From Acidobacteriota bacterium (lineage in GTDB: Bacteria > Acidobacteriota > JAAYUB01), in assembly GCA_029565065.1 (NCBI GenBank), contig JAKQOW010000036.1, positions 59,846-123,845 on the forward strand: a DNA stretch of 64,000 bases, given 5' to 3'. This document shows, in pieces, positions 1 through 9,570 of this stretch. The notes below the pieces were generated by a model. That model saw only the letters and a list, made by a program, of their open reading frames with translations, did no database searches and was not told where the DNA came from. Position 1 is the first letter of the stretch. Every line of letters starts with the position of its first letter. Both the position numbers and the translations under genes were made by a program.

Positions 1-592
1 ACTTGATGCTCCGCCCGAGCGAGGAGATGATCCCGTGGCTCATGGTGCGGGTGAGTCCGAACGGATTGCCGATGGCGAACACGTGCTGGCCCACTTTCAG
101 ATCGGCCGACGTCCCCATGGGGAGCGGTTTGAGCTGGTCGGCCGGGGCCTTGATCCGGATGACCGCCAGGTCGTCAATTTCGTCAAAGCCCACCACCTCG
201 GCGGGATATTTCAACTTGTCCGTCAGGCTGACGAGGATCTGGTCGGCTTTCTCGATCACGTGGTGGTTTGTCAGGATATGGCCGTCGGTGTCCAGGATCG
301 AACCCGAACCGGTGCCCGATTCGCGGTACGGCTCGAAGAAAAAATCGTACGAGACCTCGGTGGTGGTGATGTTGACCACCGACGGGCTGAGCTGCTCGTA
401 GATGCGGATGCCCGTGGCTTCGTCCGGGGTGGGCGGCGCCGCGGCCGTGGCTTCCGCCAGGCGGGGCGGCTGATTGGGCCCGGGAACCGACGGGGTTTCG
501 GATTCGCCCAGATGGTAAAACAGCAAACCGGTGAACGCGCCGCCGATGAGGCAGCCGAGCACCAAGATGGCCAGCACGTAGCGTTTGGACAT
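1..592 (-). CDS. Trypsin-like serine protease, HtrA/DegP family (5' partial at window edge; C-terminal part lies outside window)
   Basis: Minus-strand translation from ATG (complement 590-592) gives MSKRYVLAILVLGCLIGGAF (signal/TM), then TEVSYDFFFEPYRESGTGSGSILDTDGHILTNHHV and GQHVFAIGNPFGLTRTMSHGIISSLGRSI, which are classic S1C HtrA motifs. Not in ORF track because the frame runs off the window. Confidence 0.8.
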   Translation of the reverse strand, partial: MSKRYVLAILVLGCLIGGAFTGLLFYHLGESETPSVPGPNQPPRLAEATAAAPPTPDEATGIRIYEQLSPSVVNITTTEVSYDFFFEPYRESGTGSGSILDTDGHILTNHHVIEKADQILVSLTDKLKYPAEVVGFDEIDDLAVIRIKAPADQLKPLPMGTSADLKVGQHVFAIGNPFGLTRTMSHGIISSLGRSIK

Positions 593-663
593 GACGGAAT
601 CACCCCGCAAAAAAAAGGGCCAGCTTATAAACTGGCCCGTTCATAGTCCGTGAGGCGGCGCGG

Positions 664-1530
664 CTATTTGGGAGCCGGCGCGGCCGGTTCAACCGGGGCC
701 TGCACTTCGACCGGCAGGTCGAGTTTCCATTTCTTGATCAGCTCGTCGAGCTCGCCGCTGTCCTTGAGCTTTTGGATGATCCGGTCCACTTCCGCCTTGA
801 GTTCGACGTCGTTGGGCCGGAACACCACCCCGTATTCCTCCTGGGTCAACAGCCCGCCCACGAGCTTCAGGTTGGTGAGCATCCGGATGTCGAACTGGAC
901 GGTGGGCGCGTCGCCGACCACCGCATCCAGGAGTTTCCGGTTCAACTCGAAAAGGGCGTCGTCGGGGGAGTCGAACTGGACGATCTGGAGCTCGCCGGGG
1001 CTCATCTTCATCAGGAACTGCTCGGCGGTGGTCTCTTTCTGCACACCGACCTTCTTGCCCTTCAGGTCAGCCGCCGACTTGATGTCCTCGTTTTCCTTCC
1101 GAACAGCGATGATCTGGCCGGTGGTGTAGTACGGGATGGAAAAGAGGAACGTCTTGGTTCGTTCCGGGGTGATGGTCACGGCGTTGACCACGACGTCCAC
1201 CTCGCCGGTCTGCAGGTACTCGAAGCACTGTTCGAACTGCTTCTTGATCCACTGGGTTTTGACGCCCATTTCCCTGGCCACCGCTTCAGCCAGCTCGTAG
1301 TCGAAGCCGGCCACACCGGTGCCTGAACCGAACTCGAAAGGCGGATTGACCGGGTGGGTGGCGATGATCAGCTTGCCTTCCTTCTTGACTTTTTCCAGAG
1401 TGTTTTTGGGAGCCCCGGGACCGCAGGCGGCCATGAGGACCAGCAGGGCCAAAACCAAGACAGGGGCTATGATTGCGAGCTTTTTCAAGTTGTCCTCCTC
1501 GACATCCCGACTCGAATCAGAAGGTGACAT
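664..1530 (-). CDS. Amino-acid ABC transporter substrate-binding lipoprotein (family 3 SBP, glutamine/polar amino-acid type)
   Basis: ORF 664..1548; lipoprotein signal LVLALLVLMAAC; SBP_bac_3-like sequence (LIIATHPVNPPFEF, GFDYELAEAVAREMGVK, NAVTITPER). ATG at complement 1528-1530 preferred over upstream GTG. Confidence 0.75.
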   Translation of the reverse strand: MSPSDSSRDVEEDNLKKLAIIAPVLVLALLVLMAACGPGAPKNTLEKVKKEGKLIIATHPVNPPFEFGSGTGVAGFDYELAEAVAREMGVKTQWIKKQFEQCFEYLQTGEVDVVVNAVTITPERTKTFLFSIPYYTTGQIIAVRKENEDIKSAADLKGKKVGVQKETTAEQFLMKMSPGELQIVQFDSPDDALFELNRKLLDAVVGDAPTVQFDIRMLTNLKLVGGLLTQEEYGVVFRPNDVELKAEVDRIIQKLKDSGELDELIKKWKLDLPVEVQAPVEPAAPAPK

Positions 1531-1558
1531 GTAACATACTCTCGCCACCGGGGCAAAA

Positions 1559-2044
1559 TCAAGACAAAAATGCCTGCGCCGGCGGCCCGGCCAACCGGCA
1601 GGACATGCACAGGGCGTCCTCGGGCGGCAAGGCGTAATACCCGGGCCGGATCCGATCCGGAGTGAAGCCGTGGCGGGTGTACAGAGCGATCGCCGGATGG
1701 TTTGAGACGCGGACCTCCAGATGGCAGACCGAGACGCCGGCGGCGGAAAGACCGGCCAGGGCGCCGCGCAGGAGGCAGCCGCCGAAGCCGCGCCGCTTGA
1801 ATTCCGGCAAAACGCCCATGTCGAAGATCTCGGCCTCGGGCGGGATCACCTGGTACAGGATGAATCCCACCGGATGTCGCGAAAGCAGGGGAACCAGCAG
1901 CAGGCGGATGCGGGTGGCTGGATGGCGCCGGAGGGTATGGATCTGGTTCAGCGTGGGGGGCGTCAGCCCGGTACGGACCGCGATCCGGCGGAGGCCGGCG
2001 GCGGCAGATACGTCCAGGGTGCGGTGGAAGCGGTGGGCCAGCAT
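1559..2044 (-). CDS. rimI: GNAT N-acetyltransferase, RimI-like (ribosomal-protein-alanine acetyltransferase)
   Basis: Motifs EIFDMGVLPEFKRRGFGGCLL and HLEVRVSNHPAIALYTRHGF; sits immediately downstream of tsaB as in the conserved tsaB-rimI pair. Confidence 0.7.
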   Translation of the reverse strand: MLAHRFHRTLDVSAAAGLRRIAVRTGLTPPTLNQIHTLRRHPATRIRLLLVPLLSRHPVGFILYQVIPPEAEIFDMGVLPEFKRRGFGGCLLRGALAGLSAAGVSVCHLEVRVSNHPAIALYTRHGFTPDRIRPGYYALPPEDALCMSCRLAGPPAQAFLS

Positions 2045-2051
2045 GATCGGA

Positions 2052-2756
2052 TCAGCCGGTGGTTTTCGGCCGGCGGATGTCAGGCGGCCGGATGTAGAAC
2101 GCCTCCGGCGCCTCCGCTCCGGCGAGCGCCGCCGGTCCGGCCCGGCCGATCTCCACGGCGAGGATGTCGACCGGCCCCAGCGGGTGTTGGCCGGCTGGGA
2201 AAGTTTCGGCGGTCACGTCCGGCTCGTGGAACCCCTGGATCAGGGACGCAGCGGAACCGATCAGCGCCGCGCCCGGATGCGCCGCCAGCACCGCTCGCGT
2301 CGCGTCGAGGTCGCGTTCGCCGTATGGCGCGCGCAGGGTCAGCCGTTCGCCGTCACGGTGGAACACCGCCCCGTAGATGTGGCCGCGACGAGCGTCCAGG
2401 AAGACCCCCACCGGGCCGTCCGACAGCGACGGGTGCCGGGCCAGCAGTTCCATGGCGTTGCGTCCGACGACCGGGATGCCCAGCGTGTCCGCCAGTCCCA
2501 GCGCGGTGGCGATGCCGATCCGGATGCCGGTGAACGAACCCGGGCCGGTGACCACGGCGACGGCGCCCAACTCCGCCAGGCGCCAACCGCTGAGCGCCAG
2601 CACGCGGTCGACGCTGGCCAGCAGCGTCTCGGCGTGCGGGGTGTCGGCGCGGAGCTCCAGCCGCCCACGGATCGCCGAGTCTTCGGCCGTGGCCAGCGCC
2701 TGGACGGGCGTCGTGGTGTCAAGAGCCAGAATCCGCAGCGGTGGCGCAACGTGCAT
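2052..2756 (-). CDS. tsaB: tRNA threonylcarbamoyladenosine biosynthesis protein TsaB (YeaZ)
   Basis: LRILALDTTT and VVTGPGSFTGIRIGIATALGLA are typical of inactive Kae1/TsaD paralog TsaB. Confidence 0.75.
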   Translation of the reverse strand: MHVAPPLRILALDTTTPVQALATAEDSAIRGRLELRADTPHAETLLASVDRVLALSGWRLAELGAVAVVTGPGSFTGIRIGIATALGLADTLGIPVVGRNAMELLARHPSLSDGPVGVFLDARRGHIYGAVFHRDGERLTLRAPYGERDLDATRAVLAAHPGAALIGSAASLIQGFHEPDVTAETFPAGQHPLGPVDILAVEIGRAGPAALAGAEAPEAFYIRPPDIRRPKTTG

Positions 2757-2789
2757 CGGTCCGCCTGTGGGGCGCCGGCGGGCGCCCGG

Positions 2790-3542
2790 TCAATCGGTGT
2801 GGAAACCCGCGGGGAAGCCTTTCTTCGGGAACGTCCGGTGCAGCGTGCGGGCGATCTCGCGGATTTCCTGAATATCGGTCAATGGCGTGCCATGCTCGGC
2901 CAGTTCGTCGAGTGAGACGGTGTGGGTCTGCGGAAACAGGAGGTTGCAGAATCGTCGCTCGAACGCGCTGACCCGGTGCAGCAGGAGCGTGATCATGGCG
3001 TTTTGCTGCCCCTTGCGCGCCATCTCGTTGTAGCGGCGCCGGATCTTGCTCCGGTCAAACTGGTCGTCGAGTTGCATCGGCAGGAGGAAGCTGAGGCGGT
3101 TGGCCAGGCCGCCGCTGAGCTTGTCGATATCCTCGAAGATGCCGCTCACGGGATACTCCTTGTACCGCTCCGGCGGCGACAACCGGAGATAGAGTGCTTC
3201 CCGTGCGGTTGTGACGAGCTTGGCGTTCGTGTTGAGCAGATCGTTGATGTAGATCCGGAACCGCCCGCGGAAGATCAGCCGGTCGCTCTCCGCCATTTCC
3301 GTCTCGCGCGAGTTGGCGCCGATCAGGGGCGCCAGCGAGTGGGACATGTAATCGTAGTACTGCTGGCGGAGGGTGGGGTTGACCTGGTAGAAGTCGTCCG
3401 GTTCGTCCAGCGCGGGCGGCACACACTCGTAGATGTCCTGAACGGCCGGCTGGACTTCGTCGACCGACCCCTGCGGGAAACCGGTCGATCCGATCCAGAT
3501 CCCCAACAGCAAGCCCGTGACGACGCGGCAGGTTTTCTTCAT
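2790..3542 (-). CDS. Hypothetical secreted protein (N-terminal signal peptide)
   Basis: 250-aa ORF with MKKTCRVVTGLLLGIWIGSTG signal; no recognisable domain. Confidence 0.5.
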   Translation of the reverse strand: MKKTCRVVTGLLLGIWIGSTGFPQGSVDEVQPAVQDIYECVPPALDEPDDFYQVNPTLRQQYYDYMSHSLAPLIGANSRETEMAESDRLIFRGRFRIYINDLLNTNAKLVTTAREALYLRLSPPERYKEYPVSGIFEDIDKLSGGLANRLSFLLPMQLDDQFDRSKIRRRYNEMARKGQQNAMITLLLHRVSAFERRFCNLLFPQTHTVSLDELAEHGTPLTDIQEIREIARTLHRTFPKKGFPAGFHTD

Positions 3543-3548
3543 GGGGCG

Positions 3549-4349
3549 TCAATCCTTCGGCCAGAAGATCAGAATCAGCGGCACGAGCGCCAGGCGGTAC
3601 CAGGCGAACGGCCGGAGCGTCGCGCGGCCCAGCAGGTGGATGAAGCCTTTGACCGCCAGCCACGCCGAGGCGAACGAGACCACGAAGCCGACGAGGAGAA
3701 ACAGCAGGTCGCCGGCGGAGAGCTGGTTCCAACTGCCGGCCAACTCGAAGCAGCCGGCCGCCAGCAGGAGCGGCACGGCGGCGATGAACGAGTACTCGGC
3801 CGCCAGCCGGCGGCCGGCGCCCAGGATCATGGCGCCCATGATGGTGGCGGCAGACCGGGAAAAACCGGGCCAGAGGGACAGGCACTGGAACAGGCCGATC
3901 CCGAGCGCCTGTTTGAAGTCCAGCTCGTCGAGGCTGGCGATGCGCGGGGCGGGCGGCCGGGCCTCGATGACCAAGATGGCCAAGGCGCCCACGGCCAGGG
4001 CCCCGGCCACGGTCAGGGGCGTGAACAGGTGCGTCTTGATCAGCCGATGGACCAGCAAGCCCAGCAGGGCGGCCGGTGCCGACGTGGCGGCGAGCAGCAG
4101 CAGCCCTCGCCAGCCGGAAAACCGGCTGGCCGGATCGGTGCGGAGCAGCCCGATGAAACGCGGCCAGTAGATTACGACCACCGAGAGAATCGCCCCCATC
4201 TGGATGACGATCTCGAACGTGGCGGCCTTGGGCCCCTTGAAATCGAGGAGATAACCGGCCAGAATCAGGTGGCCGGTGGAGGAGACGGGGAGGAACTCGG
4301 TCAGTCCTTCGACGATTCCCAGGATCACGGCGGCGGCGAGTGAGATCAT
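3549..4349 (-). CDS. uppP: Undecaprenyl-diphosphate phosphatase UppP (BacA)
   Basis: Diagnostic GLTEFLPVSSTGHL motif near N-terminus; polytopic membrane protein of 266 aa. Confidence 0.9.
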   Translation of the reverse strand: MISLAAAVILGIVEGLTEFLPVSSTGHLILAGYLLDFKGPKAATFEIVIQMGAILSVVVIYWPRFIGLLRTDPASRFSGWRGLLLLAATSAPAALLGLLVHRLIKTHLFTPLTVAGALAVGALAILVIEARPPAPRIASLDELDFKQALGIGLFQCLSLWPGFSRSAATIMGAMILGAGRRLAAEYSFIAAVPLLLAAGCFELAGSWNQLSAGDLLFLLVGFVVSFASAWLAVKGFIHLLGRATLRPFAWYRLALVPLILIFWPKD

Positions 4350-6163
4350 GCGGTGTTCTCCGATGTGCTCTTGGCCTGTTTGAGTTGCGCGTGGAGTTGC
4401 TTCACCTGGTTCAGCATCCGGGTGCGCTCGGGCACGTCATACTTCACACCGGCAAACCGGGCCTCATCGCAATTGTTCAGGACCTGGAAGACGCTGTCGA
4501 CGCCCTCGGCGTCGACGCCGCGACGGCGAAGGACATCCCGCAGCTCATCCTGAACCAGGGCGGCGGGCGTCACACCGGCGCTTTCCTGGATGGACCGGAT
4601 GAGTGCGTCCGACAGCAGGTCCCACAGTGAATCGGCTCCCCGATGGGCGGCCACCTCCTCGGCCTCCTTGAGCACGGCATCCACCGACGGCGGCCGCCGC
4701 TTGAGCGCCTTGACCCCGGGCGAACGGCGTCTGAGCCAGACACCGTAGCCGAGCATCGCCGCCAGGGTGGCTGTCAGGGCGACGAGGGTGCCGACGAGCA
4801 CAGGAGCGGGCGCCGCCGCCCCCCGGGCCGGCGCCTGGGTGTCGGCCAGCGAAGCGGCCGGGTTGTCCAGCTCCAGCACGTCGAAGCGCACCGGCTCCGT
4901 CGCCCGCCGTACATACTCCTGGCGGTCGGTGTCGAATGTCACGAACGCCACCGCGGGAAAGTGGATCTGCCCGAGCCGCTTCGGGTACAGGAGGATCTCC
5001 CAGATCTTTTCGCCGCCGAACCGCGTCCGCGGCGGATTGTCGGACTGGTCCACGAACGGCTGGAAGCTCGCGTGGACGGCGCGCACCGACACGATGTTGA
5101 AATCCGGGTTATCCATGGGCATTTCCGGCGGCATCAGGCCGCGGATGTTGCCGGAGCCCTTGATGGTCAGGTACAGGGGAAAAGCCTGGCCCAGTTTGAT
5201 TTTGGCGGAGGCGTAATTGAGCGCTAACTGGTAGGCGCCCACCTCGGTGCGTGCGCGGGCGGCATCGGGCGGCGCGGGCAGCGGCCGGACGCTGAACTGG
5301 AGCGGCTCGGTGTTCAGGATCCTGTCTTCAGCCACCGCGGCGCCGGGCGCGGACGATTCACCGAGGATCTTCCAACTGGCGGGCTCCACGGTGAACTGGC
5401 CCGTCTCCAGCGGGAAGAGCACAACCCGTTCCAGGATGAGCTGATGATAGGTGACTCCCTGACGGACGACGGTCTCGAGGGGATTGTCCGCCTGCAGGGG
5501 CAGCTGCTCGGCCCAGAAGTGCTTGAAATCAGGTTTTTTCACCTGGAGTGCCTTGCGCCCGAGCCCCCGGCTGGTGAGCAGCTTGTAGGTGACCAGGATC
5601 TGTTCGCCCAGGTAAGGTGACGAAGTGCTGGCTTCGACGATGAGCTTCAGCTCATCGCCGGGCAGGATGTCCACCCGCCGCTGGGCTGACGGCAGAGTGG
5701 GTGCGGCTGTCGCCGCCGCCAGGCGCCGCGGGTTTTCCGTGCCGTCGGTGTTCAGGATCTTGATGTCGATGGGTTTGGAGCGGAATTGGAAGTTCGGTAA
5801 TCGGACCTCGATGACGGGCACGGTGGTGACGCCGCTCTCCATCGGCACGTAAGACGCCACGAAACGGAACAGGGTGACGGTCTTGCCGCCGATCCCGAAG
5901 GGGACGACGGAGCTGGTCTGGTCCACCAGGATGCAGCCCGGGATCTTCGGCCACTGAGGCGAGGACAGGGCCGCCAGATTGACGCCCTTGATCTGCAGGG
6001 TGACGTTGAGCGTGTCCGAAGGTGTCAGCGTCATCTTGCTGATGGTCAGCCGCACCTCGGGTTTGGCCTCGGCGGCGGCGTCGGCCCGCAGCCAAACGGT
6101 GGGAATGGCCAGGGCGAGCAACAGCAAGGGGATAGACAACCTCGTGCGCATAGGTCCGCTCAC
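4346..6163 (-). CDS. batD: BatD-family protein (Bacteroides aerotolerance operon-like; signal peptide plus C-terminal TM)
   Basis: 605 aa; signal peptide; C-proximal TM segment (LVGTLVALTATLAAMLGYGVWL); overall BatD-like architecture; stop overlaps start of upstream VWA/TPR gene by 4 nt. Confidence 0.55.
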   Translation of the reverse strand: MSGPMRTRLSIPLLLLALAIPTVWLRADAAAEAKPEVRLTISKMTLTPSDTLNVTLQIKGVNLAALSSPQWPKIPGCILVDQTSSVVPFGIGGKTVTLFRFVASYVPMESGVTTVPVIEVRLPNFQFRSKPIDIKILNTDGTENPRRLAAATAAPTLPSAQRRVDILPGDELKLIVEASTSSPYLGEQILVTYKLLTSRGLGRKALQVKKPDFKHFWAEQLPLQADNPLETVVRQGVTYHQLILERVVLFPLETGQFTVEPASWKILGESSAPGAAVAEDRILNTEPLQFSVRPLPAPPDAARARTEVGAYQLALNYASAKIKLGQAFPLYLTIKGSGNIRGLMPPEMPMDNPDFNIVSVRAVHASFQPFVDQSDNPPRTRFGGEKIWEILLYPKRLGQIHFPAVAFVTFDTDRQEYVRRATEPVRFDVLELDNPAASLADTQAPARGAAAPAPVLVGTLVALTATLAAMLGYGVWLRRRSPGVKALKRRPPSVDAVLKEAEEVAAHRGADSLWDLLSDALIRSIQESAGVTPAALVQDELRDVLRRRGVDAEGVDSVFQVLNNCDEARFAGVKYDVPERTRMLNQVKQLHAQLKQAKSTSENTA

Positions 6164-7722
6164 CAGTATGGGCCGCTGGTGTCCAGCGGGCGATGGCGTG
6201 GCTGGGGCATGCGGGTCTGCTCCTGGTCCCGCAGGGAATCCAGCAGCCGGTCAAGCGGCTCGTCCGGCGGGGGAGGCTGCGGTGTGGGCGTCGTCGTCGG
6301 TTCCCGGTGGCGGAGCAGCAGTTCCAGGTTCCAGCGGGCCCCGAAATCCGCAGGGGCGCGCTCCAGGGCGAGCCGGTAGGCGGCCGCGGCCGGCTCGGAC
6401 CGGCCCTGGAGATGGCGGCAGCAGCCCAGATTGTATTGCAGGTCACCTGCGCGGGAGCCGGATCCATCCCGACGAACGGCCGTCTCCAGGACGTTGACGG
6501 CCGCGTCGAGCCGGCCGCCCATGGCCAGCGCCGCGGACAGGTTGGCGGCGGCCAGGGCGTGCGGTTCGCTGCCGGCGGGCGATGCCTCCAGGGAGGCCCG
6601 GTAGGCGGCCGCCGCCCGATCGTAGTCGCCGCTGCGGTAGAAGGCGTTGCCCGCCTCGATCTGCCCGGCCCAGCGGCTCACGTCGCCACAGCCGCCCAGG
6701 GCGGCGGGCAGGAGGATCACCAGGAGCGCCATTTCCGCCGCCGGCGCACGAAACTCGCGGTCCCGCAGCACGAGCAAGGCCCCGAGGATGAGCAGAGCGA
6801 GGCCGGCGGCCCAGGGCGAACGGTCGCGGGCCCGCCGGGCCTTGCCGAAGGTGCCGGACACCTGGTTTTTCAGGTTCTCGTTCAGAATTTCCCGCGCGGT
6901 GACTCCGACGGTTTCCAGCCGGTGGTAATCGCCGGCGAGGGACTGGGCCAGGGCCGTGAGGTGCTCTTCCTGAAGACGGGAGCGGACGTACCGGCCGTCG
7001 CGGTCCTTGATCCAGCTTTGGAAGCGGGTGCGCGGATCCTCGATGAATGAGCCATCGGTGGTGCCGATGCCGACCACGATCAGGTTGACGGCCTCCCGGC
7101 GCAGGGCTTCGATGACCCGGGGCGAGGGCGATTTGAAGGACTCGCCGTCCGAGAGGAAGACGACCGCCAGCTGGCGGCCCGACTCCCGCTTGGCGATCAT
7201 CCGTGACAGCGTGTCCATCGGGGCGTCGAAATTGGTGCCCTGACGGTTGAGCACCTCGGGGCTGATCTGGGCCAGCAGCCGGCCGATGATGTCCATGTCC
7301 GCGGTCATGGGGCAGACGGGGAATGCGCCGCCGGCGAACGCGATCAGGCCGGCGCGCGCCCCGGGCAGCTCCTTGAGGAGGCTCAGTGCGAGGAATGAGG
7401 CCGCCTTGAGACGGGACGGCGGCACATCGCGCGCGGTCATGCTGTAGGAACAGTCGAGTACGAAGTAGATGTCCAGCCCGCTCGTGTAAACGACCTGGAC
7501 CTCGTCGCCCCAGCTGGGTCCGGCCAGGGCGATCAGGATGGCGACGGCCGCGGCCGGGATCAGCCACGCCCGCCCGATCCCCGTGCGCCGCCGGCCCGGT
7601 GTCTGCGGCAGGAACCGGCGGCGCGCTGCGTCGGACCGCCGCCACTGCCAGTACAGCCAGGCCAGCCCGGCGGCCAGCGCCAGCCATACCCAACTTAGCA
7701 GGTAAGCGTTCCGAAACATCAT
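6160..7722 (-). CDS. BatA/BatB-like membrane VWA-domain protein fused to a TPR (BatC-like) domain
   Basis: N-terminal MMFRNAYLLSWVWLALAAGL TM (BatA/B-like), VWA MIDAS-like DxSxS (FVLDCSYSM); second TM then TPR-like repeats. Confidence 0.6.
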   Translation of the reverse strand: MMFRNAYLLSWVWLALAAGLAWLYWQWRRSDAARRRFLPQTPGRRRTGIGRAWLIPAAAVAILIALAGPSWGDEVQVVYTSGLDIYFVLDCSYSMTARDVPPSRLKAASFLALSLLKELPGARAGLIAFAGGAFPVCPMTADMDIIGRLLAQISPEVLNRQGTNFDAPMDTLSRMIAKRESGRQLAVVFLSDGESFKSPSPRVIEALRREAVNLIVVGIGTTDGSFIEDPRTRFQSWIKDRDGRYVRSRLQEEHLTALAQSLAGDYHRLETVGVTAREILNENLKNQVSGTFGKARRARDRSPWAAGLALLILGALLVLRDREFRAPAAEMALLVILLPAALGGCGDVSRWAGQIEAGNAFYRSGDYDRAAAAYRASLEASPAGSEPHALAAANLSAALAMGGRLDAAVNVLETAVRRDGSGSRAGDLQYNLGCCRHLQGRSEPAAAAYRLALERAPADFGARWNLELLLRHREPTTTPTPQPPPPDEPLDRLLDSLRDQEQTRMPQPRHRPLDTSGPYW

Positions 7723-7924
7723 GGGTGATCCTTCAAATCCTCCCCACTATAACATACCCCCCGGACTCCGACCAACGGACTTCCCGCCTCGGTCGGGAGT
7801 CGGACGGCCGCCGTACCATCTGACCCCGCTCGCGGCCTAGGCTTGACAGAAGCGGTAAGGTAGTCTATAAAAATGACACTTCTGAATGACACGGCGGCGA
7901 CATCCGTTGGGTGGGAGGCAGCCC

Positions 7925-8932
7925 ATGCTGTTCAACAAACGCAAGAAGACCATCATCACACTCGGGATCGGGCAGGCGCCTCAGGGAGTGGACGCACCGC
8001 CCGCCCGCAGAACTGACGCGCCCCAAGCCGAGCCGGCAAAAGCTCCGCCAGAACCCGGACTGCCGCTGCGCGCCGAGGAGCCCGCCGCGCCGCCGGTGGC
8101 GATCGCCGAAAAACCAGCGCCCGTGCCGCGGCCCGAGGCGACGCCGGCCGTGGTGCCCGTCCACCCGGCACCGCCGGCGGCGGTCCCGGCGGATGCGCCG
8201 GCGCCGGAATCCGTTGAGACAGCTGCTCCTCCGCAGCCCAGGGCCGAGATGTCGGCTGTCCAGGCGGAGGATATTCCCCAGCAGGGCCTGGAGGCGCCGC
8301 CCGCCGAGTTAGAGATTCAGGCAGAAGGGGTGCCGGGCGAGACGACGGGATTCATCCAGTGCCCGTTCTGCCTCAAGAACAGCCGGGTGGGACTGACCCA
8401 CTGCGAGTCATGCGGCAACCTGATTGAAAGCACGCGGTTGCCGGCGGAACCGGAGCCGGAAGCGGCGGTTCCGGAGCCGGCGGCGCCGGTCGCGTCCGGG
8501 GCTGCCCTGGTGGAGCGGCCCGACCAGGCGGACACCCATCGCCTGGCCCACCACCCCGTGCCCCAGATCCTCAAGGAAACCACGCTGTTCACTCCCGCCA
8601 TGCTCCGGCTGCAGCCGGAGCAGGGGCAGACCGGGGAAAAGATTTATAACCTGAACATCGGCGACAGCACCATCGGGCGCGGCATCGACAACACGCTGGC
8701 GTTCCCCGACGAGGAGTTCATCAGCCGGCGTCACTGCAGCATCGGCTACCACAAGTACCAGTATGTTCTGAAGGATTATGACAGCGCCAACGGGACCTAT
8801 GTGAATGACGTGCGGATCCGGGAGACCATCCTCCGGGACGGTGATTGCGTGCAGATCGGCTCGATGCGTTTCATCTTCGACGATCCCATGGAACGGATCA
8901 AAAAGAAGAAGGCCGCCGCCGGCGAGGATTGA
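7925..8932 (+). CDS. FHA-domain protein with N-proximal C4 zinc-ribbon and Pro/Ala-rich linker
   Basis: C-terminal FHA signature (TIGRGIDNTLAFPDEEFISRRHCSI, YVLKDYDSANGTYVNDVRI); CPFC...CESCG zinc ribbon; GGGAGG RBS 7 nt upstream of ATG 7925. Confidence 0.75.
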   Translation: MLFNKRKKTIITLGIGQAPQGVDAPPARRTDAPQAEPAKAPPEPGLPLRAEEPAAPPVAIAEKPAPVPRPEATPAVVPVHPAPPAAVPADAPAPESVETAAPPQPRAEMSAVQAEDIPQQGLEAPPAELEIQAEGVPGETTGFIQCPFCLKNSRVGLTHCESCGNLIESTRLPAEPEPEAAVPEPAAPVASGAALVERPDQADTHRLAHHPVPQILKETTLFTPAMLRLQPEQGQTGEKIYNLNIGDSTIGRGIDNTLAFPDEEFISRRHCSIGYHKYQYVLKDYDSANGTYVNDVRIRETILRDGDCVQIGSMRFIFDDPMERIKKKKAAAGED

Positions 8933-9045
8933 TCCGTTTCGGCGGCGGACCGGTCGGGCGAAGGCCATTTATTTTGTTGAAATGGCTGAATTGCATCGTG
9001 TAAGATGATCCTGTCGAATGAGTCAGACGGGATGAGGAGTCGCGG

Positions 9046-9546
9046 ATGGGACATTCGAACATCGTCCTGTACGAAGAGGAATACCAGCAGATCAAGACCA
9101 TCCTGGGCCGCCTCAATCAGGAGGCCAATGCCCGGGTGGTGTTCCTCGTGGACAAGAACGGCCAGCAGATCGCGGCCTGCGGCGAGATCGAGAACCTCGA
9201 TACGACCTCGCTCGCGTCCCTCACCGCCGGCAATGTCGCGGCCACCGACGGCCTGGCCAAGCTCATTGGTGAGAAGGAATTCTCCATCCTGTTCCACGAG
9301 GGCGAACGCGACAACATCCACATCTCCTTGGTGGGCAAGCGCGTAATCCTGGTTATCATTTTTGACGAACGGTCCTCGCTCGGCCTGGTCCGGCTGCGCG
9401 TCAAGCGCGCCTCGATCGAGCTGGAGCGGGTCTTCGACACGATCGTCAAGAAGGTGGAGATGGAACGCCAGGCTCAGGAGACCGGCACCGCTTCACCGTT
9501 CGCCGAAATCACGGACGAGGACATCGACAACCTGTTTTCCAGCTGA
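9046..9546 (+). CDS. mglB: Roadblock/LC7-domain protein, MglB-like (GAP partner of MglA)
   Basis: 166 aa Roadblock/LC7 fold; immediately upstream (24-nt gap) of mglA; promoter-like TTGAAA-17-TAAGAT upstream. Confidence 0.7.
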   Translation: MGHSNIVLYEEEYQQIKTILGRLNQEANARVVFLVDKNGQQIAACGEIENLDTTSLASLTAGNVAATDGLAKLIGEKEFSILFHEGERDNIHISLVGKRVILVIIFDERSSLGLVRLRVKRASIELERVFDTIVKKVEMERQAQETGTASPFAEITDEDIDNLFSS

Positions 9547-9570
9547 TTTTGCGGGTAAAAGGGACCGACT

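Noticed and set aside
1662-4343. Plus-strand ORFs 1662..2915, 1721..2533, 2922..4343 and overlapping minus-frame ORFs
   Set aside because: Antisense or alternative frames of rimI, tsaB, the secreted hypothetical and uppP, all of which carry diagnostic motifs.
6443-7693. 416-aa minus-strand ORF in alternative frame of the VWA-TPR gene
   Set aside because: Arg/Pro/Gly-rich low-complexity translation. The overlapping frame 6160..7722 has the VWA and TM features.
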